DNA of 64,000 nucleotides from Penicillus capitatus (taxonomy: Eukaryota; Plantae; Chlorophyta). This document shows positions 11,598-24,722 of this stretch, one piece after another. A program made the position numbers and the translations under genes. The first letter of the stretch is position 1. Each line of letters starts with the position of its first letter. Under the pieces are notes generated by a model, which ran no database searches, was not told the origin of the DNA, and saw only the letters and a program-made list of their open reading frames with translations. The stretch is from positions 539,101-603,100 of the forward strand of contig OZ287696.1 of the NCBI GenBank assembly GCA_965649825.1. The letters run 5' to 3'.

Positions 11598-13900
11598 TCA
11601 GGACCAGATGTCTTTCACGTACTGAGACTCTTTGAGCATTGAGCTCAGCTTCTCCTTAGCTTCCTCCTCTGTCATGCCTCCGTGGCGAACCAAGATCTGC
11701 GCAAGGCACGTATGCACATCCTGTGCCATTGCTGTCCCATCGCCACAGACGAACACAAATCTACAGATCTCTGTTTAACAATATTGCACGTCACATCATC
11801 GGAGTGCCTACCCGTTATTCTGGAAGAGATCTCGATAGAGGGCCTCGGAGTGGTCCAGCATCAAATGCTGCACGTAAACCTTCTGATCTGTCTTCCGTGA
11901 GAAGGCTGTGTGCAAATGTGTGATCGTCTTGTCCGCCTGAAAAGATTTCAACTCTTCTGCAAACAAGTAATCCTCATCTTCGCGACGACAACCGAAAAAG
12001 AGCCAACAAGGACAGACAGGACCTTCCCACTCCTAGATCCCCATTTGTTGGCGTTTGTTCATAGGATGTAAGGTTTACTTGAGTGCACAGTTTTCTTTCC
12101 GCTAGAAAACCGAGAAAGGGAGCAATGCCTGTGCCAGGACCGATCAAAACCAAAGGTCTGTCCAGGGCAGATGGCAAACGAAAAGCGCCTCCTGATCGAA
12201 TCCGAACAGGAAAGGAGACAGGCATTGCTTCAGTCTCCGATCGCTGCTTCGTTTCAATACAGCGTTTGAGCCATCCCGTAGCAACGCCTGTTCTCTCGCC
12301 ATATGGTGTCGAGTACTTTGCCACAGAGAAGGCGATACGCACACGGTTCTTGGCCACCTACATCCCAATGAAGAGTCAATGGCATTCTGTTAGAAGATAG
12401 CTTGCTTTTGGACAAGAGGCTACAGAGTAAGGACGCGACACGAGAGGGGGCAGCAACTCCAGTAGTCCTGCAAGAGGTGGCCGGCAAGAGGGAAAGCACG
12501 TCAAAATGTCCAGGAGCGAAGCCTTGGCCGACAGTATGAACTTGTGGTAGGCTTCTCGGCCGGATTTGGAAACAAGGTACTTCAGTCGGCGACTCTCGTC
12601 CGGATCCCCACAGTACTGTCCCAGAAATCGCAGCAACGTTTTCTTTAGAGCCGAACAAATATCCAGACAATGCAGAAAGCACTCCCTGGGCGGAAAGAAT
12701 GCTAAAGGTCTTTCTGGGGAAAGGGGGTGGGTAATCACCGCAGGGTTCTGTTTTGGGTGATGTGCGGCAGAGGTATGTCTGTGCCTTCTGTGGCTACCAG
12801 TGTCAAAAAATGTGCTCCGTTCAGATTCAGACGTTCAAGCAGGCGATCGACAACATCGCTATCATTCTCTGGCAGAACATCTAACGAGTCTCCCGGAGTA
12901 TACGTCAAGTTTGTTGCTCCAAGGTCCAGGGTCATTTCGTAGACCTCTCGATCAGACCACTCTGCCGTCAGTTTCTGTGCTGACAGGAGGGGAGCGAGCT
13001 GCCAATCGTCAAGAGAACGTCCATCAGAGATTCCCTCTCCGGATACAGCAGCAGGAGAAACGGAGAGGCGAGCATGAACACTGCAGACAGGCATGGCAGG
13101 GAGACCCTAAAGCACAAAGAAAAATGCCAAATCGTCAACGCATTTGACACGACACCTGAATCTCGAAGTCTGGCGGAAATCTGAAATCGAGCAGCGAATC
13201 TGACATTCCTTTCAGATCCAGACGCTGGCTCAGATCATCGGCAAGGCTACGCGGTTTGTCCACTGTTGTCGTCTTCGCATTCGCTGTAGCTTCTCCAGGA
13301 GTGATCTAGATGATGCTACGCCTCAGTAACCACAACGAGATGTTGGATCGTCACTCAACATGACTGAGTGTCGCTTTGAGTGGTTCCCAAAGAGCATCGA
13401 TCCATGCCTCCACTAAATCTTCCAATCCTTCCACCTCGTCGACCTCTCGACACTCACAGAAGCGTTCCGCTCCCAGATCATCAAATCCCTTTTTGAAACG
13501 CTGTGGGATGGCCATGAAGCTGGTATAGTTCGAATCGCCCAATCCCAGACACGTATACTTCACACCCTTCAGCATCTGCTCCTGCTGTGTCCTCGCCTGC
13601 TTCATATCTTTGAAGAATTGAAGGGAATTGTCTGGCGGATCGCCATCTCCCGTTGTCGAAACCACGGAGATGACGATGGGTGTTTTGGAGGAGGAGAGAT
13701 TGCCGAACTTCAGATCGTTGAGAGACAGGACCTGGCAACAGGAGAGTGTATGGTTGGCAGATTGGGTCATTGACAACGGGTCCTTCTTGCCTTAGCTTTG
13801 ATGTGACGTTCATTACACTCTGCATGAATGCTCTGGGCAATATCCTGTGCGGTGCCCGTCTGCGAAGCGTAGGTCACGATCACGACAGCCTGTTCCGGTT
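11598..13900 (-). CDS. MTRR: Diflavin reductase, methionine synthase reductase-like
   Basis: YASQTGTAQ, VVSTTGDGDPPDN, LGLGDSNYTSF (flavodoxin domain); SRPYSVAS, LIGPGTGIAPFLGF, FVCGDG, YVKDIWS*. 5' end approximate. Confidence 0.82.
12358..12405 (-). other. GC-AG intron (48 nt)
   Basis: AAA|GCAAGC...GTAG|GTG joins SVASCPK-VAKNRVRIAF in frame. Confidence 0.7.
13732..13790 (-). other. GC-AG intron (59 nt)
   Basis: AAG|GCAAGA...CCAG|GTC joins HIKAK-VLSLNDL in the flavodoxin domain. Confidence 0.75.
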
Positions 13901-14077
13901 TCTTCGCGACACGCTGACTCCTGTAGGCACCAACATCTCATACAGAAGAGGCCCAACCACATCTCCCTTCGCTTTGACGTCGCACCTCAATTTAGCAAGG
14001 ATGGCTGCACCGCCCGTCAGCTGCATGTGTACGTGCGTGCTGTAAAATCTGCGACTGTTATGTGACGTTTTTCTTTA

Positions 14078-14898
14078 ATGAATCACGTCACGATGTCGAC
14101 AACAAGGGGACGTCCATTGCAGGTTCGGTGCCACGTCAGCGACAGTGAGGTCCAAACACCGTTCGAAATTGTTCAGCGTCGATGGATGAGGTTTAGCGGA
14201 ACGCTGTCCTCTCTTTTGGCGAAGTACAAACAATCGCCCGAACGGTCGGCGTTTCTATCCGTCGCCAGACGTTCGGTCCTCTGTATCGCATCACCCTCCA
14301 TCCCTGTATCCCATCCCCAATCTCCTCTCCTGCTTCTGCAATGTTTACTGGTACATAAAGTGGAGGCTGAACGTGAAGGGCATCTCTATGGATACTCGAA
14401 AGGATTCACCGTTCCGTTTTTACAATACATGCATTGTGAGGCCATCGAGATCGATCAACGGTACCCGAACTCTCCCTTTCCACAGAGATCTTTGCAGACG
14501 GGACCTGTTCTGCTGTTTTGCTAGGCAGGTAATGCAGAATGAAGCATTGCGGGCGCAGAGACTGCGTGTGGGTCTGTTAATGGGTGCGGCAACATTTGCT
14601 CATGCTTTTGAGAATGGATGCATCACAGCAGAGGCGCTGGCTATCAACGACAACGGTCCCATTCCATTGCCTTCTCTTGTTCTCTCCTTACCCTTATTGT
14701 GTGTGATAATGAACAGATGTCACTGCTCGACGACTCGTGCAGTACTACCGCTATTTTGGATTCAAAGTGTTGCGGGTTATCGAGGGAGGCTGGATGGATA
14801 TTGGCGAGATGCTCGTTTGGGGAGGCGTCGGTACGAAACTGCGTGCCGACGTTGAGGATGTTCTCATGAAATGGACCCCTGTGCTGCGTAACTCTTGA
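14078..14898 (+). CDS. Green-lineage GNAT-fold (acyl-CoA N-acyltransferase-like) protein
   Basis: Spliced LMGAATFAHAFENGCITAEALAINDND...RLVQYYRYFGF...MLVWGGVGTKLRADV, resembling a conserved plant/cyanobacterial GNAT-like family. Confidence 0.7.
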
Positions 14899-15092
14899 TT
14901 CTTGGATCTCAGTGCAGCGACGTTTCTGCATCTCATTAGATTTGTACGTGCTGTTGTTGTTGTGCTTTTTCTAACGAGTCTGACGGATTTGTGCCTTACG
15001 TCTCGACTGCCGTTCTTTCGTGACATCTTCGCGCTTGACACGTACTACATACGACCGTCTGTCAATTGCGTCGCCATAAAGGAGAAGTCACT

Positions 15093-15995
15093 ATGGCGTG
15101 CTCAGATTACTACGTTTCTGAGAAGATGGCCTTAGCGATGGGTCTGAATCGGATTGGAACTTCTGGTGGAGCAGAGCGCATCTTTCCTTGTATCAGGCTC
15201 CGCGGCCTGCCATTCCACGTTACGGAGGACGACATTCGGCTTTTTCTCGTAACAATCCTCAACCGTTTACATTGGCAGAAAGCAATGGATATGCCAACAG
15301 CAGGGCTGTGATACTGTGGATATACTGATGGTGAAGAAAGAGGGGCGCTTTTGTGGCGAGGCATATGTCGTATTGGCATCTCCACTATTCGTCGATCTGG
15401 CGCTAACGAAGAACAAGAGCTACATGGGTCGGCGCTATATTGAAATCTTCAGAGCAAAGAAACTCGTACGTGTGTTCGTTCGTTCATGATGTTCTGTTCA
15501 TCATCGGTGTGTGATTGATGTGACAGGACTATTATCGCGCAGTATTCGCTGAAATGACAGAAGGTTCTGTCCAACACTTAGTAGGGGCAGACGCTCGTCC
15601 ACGACGTATCATCAGCAATGCAAACGGCACTGGATTAGATTCTAAGCCACGCGTGGTGAGATCGACAATTTTGAAGCTCCGTGGGCTGCCATTCAAAGTA
15701 ACAGCAGATCGAGTGGCGGCCTGGTTTCAAGAGGGCGTGACCTATTCGACTCCAATCACGGCGGACAAGTAAGCATCCATCAACAAACGTCACATCACAT
15801 GTTCATGATGGTATGCACATCAGCGTGCATATCGTCTCGGATTACGGCCGGCCAAGCGGCACAGCATTCGTTGAGTTTGCGGAACTCCTGGATGCCCAAT
15901 CCGCAGCTTCGAAGGATCGGCAAATGATGGGCACCCGTTACATTGAGATATTTGAATCGTCACAAGAGGAACGCACAAGATATACGAGTCATTGA
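15093..15995 (+). CDS. hnRNP F/H-like RNA-binding protein with two qRRMs
   Basis: IRLRGLPF...GEAYV...MGRRYIEIF and LKLRGLPF...GTAFVEF...MGTRYIEIF. Confidence 0.9.
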
Positions 15996-16279
15996 GATGT
16001 TAGGCAACAACGGCGGCGATAATGGCGGCAGCGGCAGTGACAGCGACAGCAGTGTGACTTGTCTTATAGATTCTGTGGAGACACTTCTATACAAACGATG
16101 ATGCTACACCCACCTCTCGCGAGGTCGACAGGTGAATCGATGATCGATCAAGTCAAATAAATTTGGGATCCTGCCGAATCACTTTTTCTTTTTGTCGTCG
16201 TTATACATGTCCCCTCTGTCGGCGGTCATTCCACCCGTCCGTTCTTCGGTCCATTATCCAGATCGACAGAGGGAAGAGT

Positions 16280-16306
16280 GTCAGTCAGTCAGTCAATCAG
16301 TCAGTC
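16280..16306. repeat. (TCAG)n imperfect microsatellite
   Basis: gtcagtcagtcagtcaatcagtcagtc. Confidence 0.7.
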
Positions 16307-16724
16307 TAAAACCATCATTGTCAGTGTCCGTCCGTCCGTAACATTTGTCTATACACTCATAAGCCAGTTTCTCACATTCACTGGTCCACTTTTCATTTGC
16401 TCTCTATCTCTCTCTACCTCTCGATTCTTGTCGATGAAGACATTGGATGAATCTGCATCTTGCCGATAATCTGTTTGTTTGAGCACTGTGACAGGCGATA
16501 GCTGTTTGTGTCTTGTTATCGAATGTCCTTTCTTTCCCCTAACCTTACAGCTGTTTCTCGCTCTTGCCTGAACATCGCAACTGCTCGAGCAATACACTCA
16601 GACCCGCTGCCATCACCAAGACAAAGCATTACTGCCATCACGACCATCAATACCGCCGTTTCGTATATTTAAGTCTTTATTTTTGTCATCGGTTGTTACT
16701 GTTGATGATCGTGGTGATGTTCTG

Positions 16725-16740
16725 GTTGTTGTTGTTGTTG
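16725..16740. repeat. (GTT)5 microsatellite
   Basis: gttgttgttgttgttg. Confidence 0.7.
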
Positions 16741-17487
16741 ACGTGACAAGAATGAACCGCCTGTGTTGTTCAAAAGAAGGCAATATGTGAATCTGGGGGA
16801 TTCTATAGACAATTCTAGAAGACACACATGCGGATCTCCTTTCTGTCAGAGATGACGCATGGGACAGGTTAGTCAGACAAGGATATGACATGAAACACAA
16901 CTGCCTTATTCATCATTGGAATCTAATTTTGGGAGGGCGTCGTCTTTATTCCTTTTGCTTGACACATCTGTCTCATAAACTAGATTTATTTTCCTTTACC
17001 GTTTTCGATAACTGCGCCTCTGTGCAAACACATTTGCATGACAGCTTATGGTAGATATCAGCTGCATTCTGTTGTTGTGGTCGAATCTACACATTTCATT
17101 ATCTGTTGTTTGGTTAAGACACTATACTAGTGGATACAGTCAAGGAGATAGATACACATATTTTGTTTCGAAGAAAAGAAGAAGAATCGTTATGATTTGG
17201 AGATATACGGAATGACTTTGGGTTACAGGTTTGACAAGGCCGAATAAACACAAACAAAGTTCGAAACACAATACTACAACACCAGGCATACTTCATAAAC
17301 CAACAACATCTGTGTCATGACCAGGCGCGCGCCTTTAATAGAAAGAACCGGCTGTTTTGGGTGACTCATTGAAATATCATCATCATCATCCTGAGGAACA
17401 TCGATCAGAACCGTGTGAAGATTTGATTTGGGAGAATGATGTTCGTTATCTGTTGGGAAATAATCGTGTACCTCTGTTGTAAAATCT

Positions 17488-18871
17488 CTATTTAATAGGA
17501 TGCATATCGGCTGGCTTTATCTTGGCAAATGTCTGAGATACGATCAGGGGAAAGAGAATGGTGGCATCGCCGACGACCTTGACAGGGAAAGCATCGCCTC
17601 GGATCTTACCCCACGAAACCGCCTCGTCTGGATGGGCACCTGAATCGCTGCCATCGTATTCTTGAGCCGTATTGACATAGACGGCATAATCGGCGCCATT
17701 ACGCATCAGATTGGCATTGCAGACATGATGCTTCGGCAAACCTGACCGGCACGACAAACCGCACCCACATCATGGACAGCCTCTTGACAAAACGCGTGCG
17801 ATACCTCCACCCAGAACAATGACACCCGTTTTACGTGGAGTTGCCTTTATCGCTTCATCGTTTATAGAACGGATGTCGCTGATGATGTCACAGATGAGGC
17901 CAGGATTCTTGTAAGTGTGGAAATAGAGCATGTCTCCTGACAAAACGGCAAACAGCATCTCTCTCAATGAAGGCATTCTCAATGTGTGCTGTGCTCTACC
18001 TAATGAACCGTCTGTTAGAGCCGGACTGTAGATTGGGATGCGGTTTCGATGCGCCCAGTAGCAGATGGAATCTGGATGATTGATCTCCTTCCCCAGACGA
18101 TCGATCATCTACATCATTACCACACGAGTTTAGTAGATGCCAACATCCAGGCCGCAATACTTTAGAGGGTGTCCAGACGATCTGCTTCTCTTTCTGCTCC
18201 TTAAGCATGACATCGAGGATGGGCATGATCCAGTCCTCAAAAGCGCAGTAGTTGCTGTTTGGCACCAACATGTTGCCGACGCGGTTTAGCCCCTCGGCAC
18301 GCAGTTTTGCACCTTCCAGTCTAAAATCGCCCAAGTATGTCTCCCCGAGGCATTTAATCAGATCTTCTTCGATGCCTCCAGCAGACGTCACCAACACATC
18401 CACGTGCCCATGCTGAACCAAGTACCGAATCTGCTCGCGCACCCCTGCAGATACGAGATTGGACGTATAGGACAAGAATATTTTGGTCCGAATGGATGAT
18501 CGGACATGGAGATCTCGCAGAGACGCATCTGTGTCTGCTGTCACCTCTTCATCACTCAATCTCCAACGAAGCTGCAGAGATGTGTTAGAGAGAGGATCTA
18601 GGGTATGGCAGTTTTACCATGCGCTGCACTTCGTTTATGGCTTTGCCCAAATTTGATGCCTGGCAACCAGAATAGAGCATGCTCTCCATCAATCCATCCA
18701 GAGAACGTCCTTCGTTGAAATCGTAACCGCGGATCACATAAGCCTTGCCCTTCAAATCTTTGGACGGCACGAGCACTGCCTGGACATCACCGTCATAAAC
18801 GTGGTCGATGGGCATTGGTCGACCTGTCGAGCATCTCTGAGTTCGGCGTCGCTCTTTGCGTTGTTCTCCAT
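17488..18871 (-). CDS. DHS: Deoxyhypusine synthase
   Basis: [73 protein letters not shown]. Confidence 0.96.
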
Positions 18872-19138
18872 TTTCTCAAGCAGAGAGAGCGTTTGTCTCA
18901 GTTGTTGTTGTCGTTGTCGCTTAAATGGCCATGATAATCAGGTTGTCTTGTTCGGCCGGGTCGGGTGCGTCAAGGGGCACAGCGCGTTGTGTCAGAGGAG
19001 CCTTGTGTGCGCCAGAGGACTCGCTTCCACGGCTCTGGGGCGCGAATGAGTCATGTGTCGAGGAAGTCAAATTAGGGTTATGGATACGAGGCTGAGACTT
19101 TACCGTTTGTTGTCTTTGGTCTTTACTGTAAGAAAGTT

Positions 19139-20992
19139 GTGTGCCCGATTCGAGCTGTCATCCTGGCCCACGACGACGACGACGACGACGACGCGGAGCG
19201 AGACTTCCCACGAGCGTTGGTTCCATACCATCGCTGTACCCGATCTTTCAGGAACGCCCCGATCACCTTCGACAAGAAGGACAGGCGGAGCTCCTTCGGC
19301 GTGGTGCTGATCAGGTGGTCCACAACGTAGGACTCTACAATACTGGATGGAGTTCTGAAGAAAGGATCGTCGACTTCATCGTCTTTGCCCTCGGAGACAT
19401 AGTAACCCGGGGCCGGTAGAGATACCTACCGACGATGAGCCATTAATCCCGGCAGACAGCGACAGTCGTGGTGATGTGACGTTTGACGTCAGCGATAGGC
19501 AGCGTCATCCCGCGTTGGACTGGTGCGATGCGGAGCCCCTTCTGGAGCAGCAAGCGACATGGGTCCGATACACGTGGACATCAAATTCGATGTCGTTCTC
19601 GGAGGCATGCATTTCTCCTATCGTCTTCCACTTTGGACACCACGCGATGCCACTAACGCATCGGGTTCAACGGATGGCACCGTCCGAAAACTGCGCGAAA
19701 TCCTCCAGAGCGACGATGAAGAGACGTTGACGAGACTTAAAGTGGGGGGAGAAAAGAGCGACGATGTGTTTCTCGAGAGATGGCTCACATCGAAGCAACA
19801 GAACTTAGAAGAGACGGCAATCGCATTGCGTCGTCATGCACAATGGCGAATTGCATTCCTCCCGTCCGGCCGCGTCGACGATGTGATAAAATTGATCCTC
19901 GTCCTCACCGACACACAACAGCAACGCTCTTTGCATGCAGAGAGAGATTTCTGGAGAGATTCGAGCGCAGAAAGTGTTTCTGCAAGGATGTGATGATCAA
20001 GTGTGTGAGACGCGAATAAAAGAGTGAGAAAGTGTCATGAGGATCGTCATAGGGTTATGCTCTGTTAGTGGTCATGGCAAGGAGACATGACATGCAGATT
20101 CGTGAATTCCGCCAGACAGAGAGGATGATTGTTTACACTTTGGATGCAGCCGCCGCTTTGGCTGACCTCGGAGGCGGACGACGTATCTGTTGCCTTTTTG
20201 ATCTGACAGGCAAATCTCATCTGTCACTCATCGCAAAAGAGTGAGAATCGCATTCAGGACTGACGTTAAGGAATCTCGATATCAAAGTCCTGACCACAAT
20301 CTTCGACATTCTACAGAAGCACTATCCAGAACGGTACGGACTGCCTTGATTGCAAAAAAGTGTGACATTTGAGATGCAGGTTGGGGATGATCTGGATGAT
20401 CAATGCGCCCTTTATCTTCTCCGCTGCATGGAGACTCGTCTCCCCTTTGCTCGAAGAGCGTTCGAGGAAGAAGATTAAATTTGTGTCCTGTGACGAGCAT
20501 CGTTGCTCTTCGTTTTTGGAGCATTCCATTTCGCCAAGTGTCCTGCCTCGATGCTATGGAGGTCGCGCCTCTATGATCCCCATCGAATCGGCTGCACATC
20601 AAATCTTTCATCGAGGCATCCAGCATCCCAACGAACTGAAAGCGCCACGTGCGGCTTGGCATTTCTTTGAAGAGAGGCGGACTTGGAACGCATGGCTGAA
20701 ACGGCACAAGAAATGCATGAAGGTAGCAAAGTGGGTAAGCAGTTGCTACAAAACGATGGTTCATAACCGTTTCAACCGTTACCTTTGCACCGAATTCAAG
20801 AAAATCGCGTGGAGGCCGAGGGAGAATGCAGAGATCTGTATTCCATCGATCTCTGCGAAACAGCCAGGTGTTTTGTCGGCGTGTTATCACTCAGAGCAGC
20901 GATTTGCGTGGTTCGTTTCGTGTTTTTTGTGGCTCATTTTGCTCGACATCGTTTTGATTTTGGTTGGAGTGTTGAGAGACAGATGGTTTTGA
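19139..20992 (+). CDS. CRAL-TRIO/Sec14-domain protein with C-terminal TM anchor
   Basis: DDVFLERWLTSKQQNLEETAIALRRHAQWR, CLFDLTGL, LQKHYPERLGMIWMINAPFIF, YGG; hydrophobic FAWFVSCFLWLILLDIVLILVGVL. 5' exons uncertain. Confidence 0.85.
19170..19193. repeat. (ACG)8 trinucleotide repeat, probably coding poly-Asp
   Basis: acgacgacgacgacgacgacgacg. Confidence 0.75.
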
Positions 20993-21000
20993 ACGCACCT

Positions 21001-21005
21001 TGTAA
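21001..21005 (+). promoter_or_regulatory. TGTAA poly(A) signal
   Basis: Begins 9 nt after the CRAL-TRIO stop codon. Confidence 0.5.
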
Positions 21006-21061
21006 ACGAGTGTCGTACGGTTTTGCTAGACGCGACGTCCTGACGGCGGCAGTGGTCTACA

Positions 21062-22026
21062 ATGCCCAAAACAGATAAGCGCGATGCAGATCTGCCTTTA
21101 CAGCCAACAGTGGGAGGGGCAGAGGGATCTTCTTCGCTTCAGAAATTCGTCTTTCCCCCGGAGAAACCCGGAGACCAAGAAGAGTGGCTGCAATTTCGCC
21201 GGGTATGGATCGCATGTTCTCCTTACCTACCGTGCCGTTGCTGTTCAGGTTGCTGTGCCGGCACACCGTTTGACGCCTCTGAAGAAAAACTGGATGGAAT
21301 TGTACAAGCCCATTACACAGGTACTGCAGTTAGACATGCGCATGAACCTCAAGACTCGCAAAGTGTGACATCACTCACTCGTAGCGGGGTCATCATTTGA
21401 TGTGACTAGGTCGAAATCAAAACCACAAAAGAGTGCAAAGATGCAGGACTCCTTCAGAAAGCAGCAGATTTTGTGAATGCCTTTATTCTGGGTCCCATCG
21501 CCTGTCCCATCACAGAGGATGCGATCACACTATTCAGGCTTCGAAGTGCGAGATGCGATTGCTCTGATGAGATTGGACGATCTGTTCATCGAATCGTTTG
21601 AGATCAAAGATGTTAAGGTCGATGTCCATCAAACCGTACTAGCTCATTTCCTCACACGCTCCTCTGCTGTAGACACTTCAAGGTGAACATCTTTCCCGAT
21701 GCATCGGTAGATTGGCTGGCAAGGTAAACAACGCTTTCTTCCCTCTTGGAACGGCAGGGAGTGCGTGAGCGTGTAACAGAATGGAAAGACGAAGTTCACG
21801 ATCGAGAATGCTTCGCACACAAGAATCGTCATTGCCAATTCCAAGATCCACATTCTGGGCTCTTTTCAGAACGTCCGCTTTGCACGGTGCCATTCTCCGC
21901 AGTGTCGAGTGAGGACGATGCGTGTCTTGCAGAGATGCCATCTGTCAGTTGATTCTGGGATCGCCCGCAGGAAAAGTATACGGTCGGTTGCGTACCATCT
22001 GTTCGCGTATTCAAGACGCACGATGA
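21062..22026 (+). CDS. PNO1: Pre-rRNA processing KH protein PNO1/DIM2
   Basis: [95 protein letters not shown]. Confidence 0.95.
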
Positions 22027-22080
22027 ACAATAACATACAACTTAAAATCGGAACTCCCTCATCTCATCAGACTCTCTCTC

Positions 22081-23085
22081 TCATGTCTTCTGCGGAATCT
22101 CGAGTTTCAGCAACAGCAGTCTTCCTGATGCACATTCCGATGTCGCCATCGAAGAGGACAAACGACAGGACGTGCCCAAGTTGGCCCGTGGATCGAGTTC
22201 TTTGACTTCTTTGATGATCTGAAACTGGTGTTTGGTGTACAGCGCCAACGCCTCTTCGTTTTGCGCTTCAACGTGGGCATAGACTGCCGCGCCGTTCAAT
22301 TCCTGCAGCATGTCGATCAATGCACGCATCAGTAGATTCCCAATTCCCTGCTCTGTCCCACGAGATGAACACAAGTGTCATTGCAGAGGAGACCTGTCGA
22401 CGCAGCTCTGGCTGAACAATGACGTTCTGAATATAGAATCCGTTCTTGTCGGCAACGGGCACGCCTTCTGGACAGATTCCACTCAGCCTTTCAGAGATGC
22501 AGACCTCCAGTCCGCCACCAACCGCATCACCTACGTCCCCTTCCACCGCGATCTGAAAGATGCTGTTCGAAAGAGTGAGGTATGAGAAACAGCTATGATA
22601 AACAAGACAAACGGTTTCCGGCATTTTGTCGCCTCTGGGTTGGTATTTCTGTTTCAATCGATCCATTTCTTGTTCGAGTTTCTTTCGCATAAAAGATTTG
22701 ACGTATCTCGAATGATCGCCCTGAAACATCCCACCAAAAGAGGACTGTACATCAGCTTTGCCATGAGGTGCGAGAATGTGTGAGAGCGGACTTCAAAGTA
22801 GCCTTGCAGAACAATTTGGAGAAAGACCAACAGTTCTTCATCGGATTCGATCTTTTTCACACGCCATCGAGAGGACGCGACGAACGATGCCTCCTCTGTA
22901 ACGCACCGAGCGGTGGACAGATAGGGTCGAGTGCCCGAGGCATCCGAAAACGGAAACCACTGACTCGCCCGGTCTTGCTGAACACGGCGACTCACTCCTT
23001 TTGAGACAGGGAAGGCACGCGCTCGCTGATAGGGGATCGAGAAACCGGAGGACGATAAGGAGCGGTTCGCACAGACAGAAGCCAT
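22081..23085 (-). CDS. GNAT N-acetyltransferase with probable plastid transit peptide
   Basis: MAS... transit-like N-terminus; FYIQNVIVQPELRRQGIGNLLM (motif A); VYAHVEAQNEEALALYTKHQF. Confidence 0.82.
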
Positions 23086-23107
23086 ATTGCAGATCTGAGA
23101 TGTCACA

Positions 23108-24656
23108 TCACTCACAAGCGAGTTTACTGTCGAAAGATGTGAGACACATCGCGAACGCTTGAAGCGCCGAAAGAGGCCAAGCGTAATCGACATTAAACCG
23201 GTCGTTGCCCACCTGAGCATCCAAATAGACGTCGACGACGCAGAAGAGACCGAACTTTGCCAAACTGGAGGACCACGCGATCCGGATCGTCACACTGAAC
23301 GAGCTGAAAATTCTTGACAGATGCTTCCGTTACTCGTCCCTTGAAATTCAGACAATAGGCATTCAACTAGACACAACCATCAACCTCCTGTAGAGAGCAC
23401 AGTATCTTCGAGACACGCACTTGGTCGTTCCATTTCGGCGCTTTGTTTGCTAACATGAAAACATCAGCTGAGTCAAATTGGGCACCGTCCAGGAGACTGC
23501 AATGCCAGCCAGAGCGCGCTGTAGATGTCAGGGTGGAGGCGATGGCGTTACGTTTTGAGGGCGTTGTTGACGGCAGCGGGGCCTGTGTTGGATCTGGGCA
23601 CAATGGCTGTCATTTTTCGCGGTCCTCTGGTGCCCAGTATGTTGTGCTCGTAAAGAACTGCGCCGAGTTCGGAACGGACCTTGGTGCCGCGCTCCTTGTT
23701 GGCGACATCTGCCTTCTCTCCGTCGTCGTAGATCATGAACTGCGTCCCGATAAAATTCGACCGAACTTTGCCGAAGTACTGTGGACTGCCTCGCGATAGA
23801 TCCTCCTCGGCAAGGGATATCAAATAATTGCTCGATGTGCTCTTTTTTCTGCGTCGGGCGCTTAAAAGAAACGCACCGCTATCTTCGGCATAGAGATAGT
23901 AGCAAGGATAGTTCTTGGAACGCGACCTGTTACAGTTCTCGACGCCCGCTCGATGTAGACGAACGTGCTTTGCCTGTCTCGCAAGATGTAGCAGGCAAAA
24001 GCGTGTTGCCGGCCTCCGGGTTTCGTCAGGAAGATCGCCCTATCGTCCTCACTGACGCTTGGTCGCAGCACGAGACGAGGGGGAGCCTCATCCGATGTCG
24101 CTGCGTCTTTCGGTAGTAGTAGATTCGTTTCTTCGAGTGGATCGAAGAGCGACTCTATTCCATAGGCTTTCAACTTCTGATCCAGCGACGCTGCGCGTTT
24201 TCCAGCGTCCCCTGGTTCACCGTCATCTCTGTGCTTTCTCGCGACAGGTTGGGCTTGAAACGAGAGACGTCGATCCGTTTTGCTTTGAAACGCTTTGCGT
24301 TTTTCGGCGAATGTCATTCCAGACGACGTCGTTGGCCGGTCTTCCGATTCGACACTGTAGACACCGGTGCCATAAGTGGAGACTAAAAACTGAGAGTCAC
24401 GGAAAGCTCCAATGAGTAGAAAGCGTTTCGAACACGTGTCTCCTGGTGAGAGAAGCTGTTGGTAGGTACGTGCGGAGACAGGACGCACAGGAAGTTCGCG
24501 TCGATCAAAGGATTTGGCAAACGTCGGCATGTATACCCTTCTTTCGCCTTCGCCATCTACCGACCTGCATGACAGTCCTGTGCCCAAGGCATGCCTAAGA
24601 ACGCCTGACCGTTCTGTTTCTGACGAGGTTGTGCGTTCGTCAAGGGACGGTTCCAT
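23108..24656 (-). CDS. Tubby-like protein
   Basis: [88 protein letters not shown]. Confidence 0.95.
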
Positions 24657-24722
24657 TTCTCAAGTAATCGCAAAGTGCGTCCTTGCACATGATGAACGCA
24701 ATCATAAGCATTCAACTGTGTC

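Noticed and set aside
16900-16945. Sm-site-like AATTTTGGG suggesting an snRNA
   Set aside because: No U1, U2, U4, U5 or U6 conserved core nearby; the motif is expected by chance in AT-rich DNA.
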